DNA of 63,784 bases, counting the filler, from Basidioascus undulatus (Eukaryota): NCBI GenBank assembly GCA_000826855.1. It is 11 parts of 11 records of this genome, joined end to end, with 100 filler letters (N's around TTAATTAATTAA, not from the genome) between each part and the next. Parts side by side here need not be neighbours in the genome. Positions count along the whole stretch, not along the records: positions 58,096 to 63,784 come from JTLS01001891.1; 10 more parts are not named here. One strand, given 5' to 3'. Within the stretch, counting starts at the first letter, position 1. Every line of letters starts with the position of its first letter. Below the pieces are notes generated by a model. It was given only the letters and a program-made list of their open reading frames with translations, searched no databases and was not told the origin of the DNA. The position numbers and the translations under genes are program-made. Positions 59,950 through 63,784 of this stretch are shown here, piece after piece.

Positions 59950-62900
59950 TCATCGAGCGTATCCGAGGCCCAAATCGCCATTCATGAAGGAATCCCACCA
60001 CTGGTCCAGGTCGGGGAAAACAGACGCCCTGGAGAACGAGCGTCAGTCAATTGTGTCCGGAAAGACTGGCCATCGCGGAAACGCACCAGTAGTTGATCCT
60101 GCGCTGCTGGGATCTGGCTGTGCTGCGGCAGTGCTTGACCCGGAATGCCCTGTAAGTCGTCTGGGTGAGTTGGAAAGGGCAGAAACCAGACTTTCTCAAT
60201 GTGCCATACGTACGAATGGAGCACCCGGCTCGGCCATAGGACGATCAGAGGCGGCTGATGGAGCGTGCATGCCCATCGATCCGGCGTCCGCGAGCGGCAC
60301 GGGCGGCGCGTCGTGGTTAGGAGTGCCGGTACTGCCCATGCCGAGCCGCGCAAGGGTGAGATTGACGAGGCTCTGGAAGAAGCGGGCACAGTAAGCGGGC
60401 GTGTCCCGCTCGTGCTGCGTGACGCCCTGGCAGGCGTCCACGACGGCTTGGAACGCGTCGAGCGTCATCCGCGCCGTCGCAGGATCCATGTCGCCCAAGT
60501 GCTATGGACAGAAGACAAAGTTGAGCGACAGCGGTTGCAGACATATGAGGGAGTGACTGCACTGACCTTGAGGAGCCAGCTCGCGGTCCGCGCAGCGCTA
60601 AGCGGGATGATGTCCTGGTTGTAGGGCAGGTAGTTCTTCAATCCTCGCTCGTCGACCACGTAACCAAGCTGGAACGGAAGGGAAACTCTTCAGCGAATCT
60701 CCTCAACCACGCTTGTTGTTGTCTCTGTTTCCCTTACAAGATCCAGCGCCTTTTTGATACAGTTGTTCAACGCCAGTCGGAAATCTGGCGCATCCGCCTG
60801 AGAGGCTGTGCCTGGCGGTGCTGCCGCGGTTCGACAGCTCACAATCGTGATACCGAGCTGGAGCTCGGCGACGTCGCTTCAGGCGCAGCAGGTCAGCTGT
60901 CAAGCCTCGCCGTACGTGGACAGAAGAAGAGCGCACAGGGAGCTTGCTCGGCTGTAATGCTGCAGCACCGCATGAGTCGCATCCGCAGTCGGCCCTGATC
61001 CGTCAATCTGTAAGCTTGGAGAGCAGATCGAGCGCAGAAGCGACTGAGACTCGACACACCTCGTTGATCTATCCAGCGCGCCTTCCAGTCTTGCAGCTGA
61101 AGCTGCGCCTGCTTCAGGAGCGGCTCGAGCGCAAGCGGCGTGCTTGTGGCCTGCAAGGCCGTGCGTACTCGGTCGAGAAGTGCGTTGACCTTGACGAAGC
61201 TGATCGCCGCTACCAGCATGTGGTCGGCGGCTGCAATGCGGGGATAAGCATTGCAACGACACTCGTATCGAGTATGAAAGGCGTACTGCAGGGCAGCTGT
61301 GAATGCGTTCAGGGTGTCAGAGCTGAAGCCCACACGAGTTCATACGTCAAGATATGCACGTACAGTCATGTGGTTTCTCTGCCACAAATCGCAGTCATAC
61401 ATATACTCCTCCGGGATCATGCGAGGTTTCCGGCGCTGTTTCCTGTCATGCGGAAAACGCCGCGTTACCAGATGAGGCTGATGAAAGGCCAGCTAACGCA
61501 GACAGCTTACGCTATGGTAAAATCGTAGCCTGAGCGAGAGCAGCATCAGCATCACAGGCGGACATGCCCATTGAGGGAACTGGCTGTGCTCACAGAGCAG
61601 TTCTGCAATGCAATATTCAGCCAAGAGCGTAGCACGTAGCACATATATGGAAAAAATGAACGTACGAAACCATGTCCTCTCTCGATTCTGAAGTCACCCG
61701 CTATCAGTCCCATCCTCTGCCATCCCACGCGCTGCAGCGATTTGAACGCACCAAGATCTCCCGCGCTTCCAGCTCGTCCTCCGGTAACTGATTCTTCGGC
61801 TTCTCGTGCAGGTTGAGCTCAAACGCCATCCTCACCGCCAGCCCGACCCTTCGGAAGCTCGTGTCGTCCTCGCTCTCCTTCCAGAACGTCAGGAGCGCGA
61901 GGCTCTGGATATACTCCATCGAGCATATGCGGTCGTTGAACGCGTCCGCCAGCTGCCGGTCCGCCAGTGCAAGGCTCCCAGCATACGCGCTTGGCATGAA
62001 GAACCGCGTAGAGACGGTGAGGATCGAGTTGAAGAGCATGCCGGAGCGCGCGCGGGTGTAGCCCGGGGTGTGCAGGTGTTCGTCGAGGATCGCTATGCAC
62101 GGGTTGAGGATCTCGTGAAATCTTGAGACAAATGGGAGGGGCTCAGAATTGCTCGGGGCGCCCAAGTAGGGACGCGGGAAGGACGCACCTAGCGAAGAGC
62201 TCTCCGACCATCTGCATGAAGCCCTGAATCAGATCGTGCGCGCAGCCCATTCAAGAAACGCCCGCGTGTACATACCTCTCCGGGTATAATTCCAACATGT
62301 ACGACATCGTGGTACCTATCGGACGGCGCTGTGTGTCGGCGTGGGGGGGGTGGGGGGCCGAGTATCGAGGAGGGCTCGGGCGGAGCGGGCGCGAGGAGGT
62401 TGGCGAGAGAGTACGCGGACGTGGGCGCCGCGACCGAAGAAAAGTCAGAATTGAGCAAGCTGTCGGGGAATGTGCGCGACGAGGACGCTATTCGAGCGTT
62501 GATGCCAGCGGGAACTGCACCTGAGGTATCGGCTGAACGGGCGCACAGAAGTACGTCAGCGACTGTTGCGACGTAGGTGTGCTTTTGTGAGGGAAGAGCA
62601 GCGCCGCACCGAAGGGTGATGAGGGCCCATTCGAATCGGAAGCGGCAGTTGTGTGAACGGATGGCCCAGGCTGCTCGGCTGCGTCGTCCCACCGTGCGCT
62701 GTGTGATAGGGAGACATTAGATTGGACTCGACAGCCGCGTGTCATCCTCGTACCGAGCAATTGGCTTGGGACCGCGCTTCTTCTCCTTGTATACGCAAGT
62801 GAAAGCGAGACGCTGGCAGCGGTTGCACGTCGTCTTGAGCGTCCCATCATTGTCACATTTGACCTGTGATTTTGAGCGAGCGGTTAACTACGACGGCCGG

Positions 62901-63100
62901 CTCGGGTAAGAAGTGCTATGGTACTTTGGCCAAGCGACACTCGGTGCAGCTGGTTGAGCGGAGCATTGATGAGGTGAGAAGCGCAACGCGAAGATGAAGA
63001 GAGCGTGAAGGCACGCCCGCGGTCGATCGACAGGAGGCTCGTTACCAACAGCCTTCCGCTTGCCGAGGTTGCGAGAGCTCCCCGATGCTGTCGATGCGAT
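59950..63100 (-). CDS. Zn(II)2Cys6 fungal transcription factor with fungal-specific middle homology region
   Basis: Spliced CTECRLAK-VKCDNDGTLKTTCNRCQRLAFTC..KKRGPK at about 62950-62765; RSGMLFNSIL..SMEYIQSLALLTFW..RVGLAVRMAFELNLH; C-terminus DQWWDSFMNGDLGLGYAR*. Start codon not resolved. Confidence 0.9.
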
Positions 63101-63784
63101 TACAAGTCAGTGCGGCGTAAACGATGAGACGTGAGCTTTGATGGGGCCGAAAGCGAACATGAGCTGCGTGACTGCGAAGCATCGAGCGAGGACATAGTTG
63201 TGAATTGGAGAGCCGCCAAAGGGAGCCTCTGCTCCTTTCGACCGGGGTGCGGTAAGTATCCGCCTGGCAGTTCTCATGGGTCGCTCAAGCTCGCTGGGTT
63301 TGTCCACAGTAATTGTTTCGAAAACTGCTGTGTTGTTGTACAATGATGGCGGAGGAAGAGCTTCAATTCCATGCTCCCAGAAATGATAGAGAGACGGGTA
63401 CTCTGCCGATGGATTGCGCCAAGCGACCCGCATATGCAATTCGCACGTTTTTTCAACCCTCAACCCTACCGTTGACCTCGACGTAAACACTCCCATCTCA
63501 GTAATGATTTGGGCAGGTTTGAGGTGTTCTTACCAAATCGAGTCTGGGACATCTCTCCCTTGCGACGCGGACTTCGAGCTCGACGCAAGTGAACTGCCGT
63601 TTGAGGGCGACCAGCGGGTTATGGCCTACCGCTTGCCCTCGAGCTTCTCGTTGTTTGCACATGGGCAGAATGAGGCGGTGCCCGGAGAGCCCAGCCCGGC
63701 CGGCGCCTCGCCCCTTTTATATTGGGGCAGGGGCCGCAAGGTTGGAGTAGCGACTTGCACGGCGCCGAGGCACGCGAGTTGGGA

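Noticed and set aside
63107..63496. 129-aa ORF upstream of the Zn2Cys6 exons
   Set aside because: No recognisable similarity; cannot tell whether it is an exon, a relic or chance.

Overview
Eukaryotic, intron-rich, GC-rich fungal DNA. Gene content and the GTGCGT/GTCCGC-type donors with CTGAC/CTGAT branch points suggest a basidiomycete, probably Pucciniomycotina (inference). The window is not contiguous. It is 11 contigs of about 5.7 kb, sorted by decreasing length and joined by ten artificial 100-nt N44-TTAATTAATTAA-N44 linkers, so gene order across linkers is meaningless. Recognisable genes, many cut by contig ends: GH47 mannosidase, ERV25/p24, JMJD7-like, DGK1, ZUO1, RNase H2 subunit C, tRNA-Ile(AAT), histidine acid phosphatase/phytase, CAR2, ECH1-like isomerase with PTS1, a VWA protein, RPN1, an F-box/WD40 protein, SIP5, an SVIP-like protein, CYT2, PMT2 and a Zn2Cys6 transcription factor. 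Decayed genes include a ferric reductase, an F-box gene and a SnoaL-like gene, and there is a copia fragment. The most unusual observations are: (1) an interspersed element on two contigs carrying arrays of a 14-bp palindrome, GTGS-CTYWGY-SCAC, with covarying arms; (2) one copy of that element ends about 20 bp from the breakpoint of a perfect inverted duplication of part of CYT2 that brackets PMT2; (3) a roughly 160-bp degenerate tandem array whose minus strand reads like an LRR/FNIP peptide repeat; (4) an unidentified multicopy coding family at two contig ends that differs only by synonymous changes; (5) a 43-bp loopless palindrome next to a tRNA-like relic. Exon boundaries were read by eye and no database searches were run.
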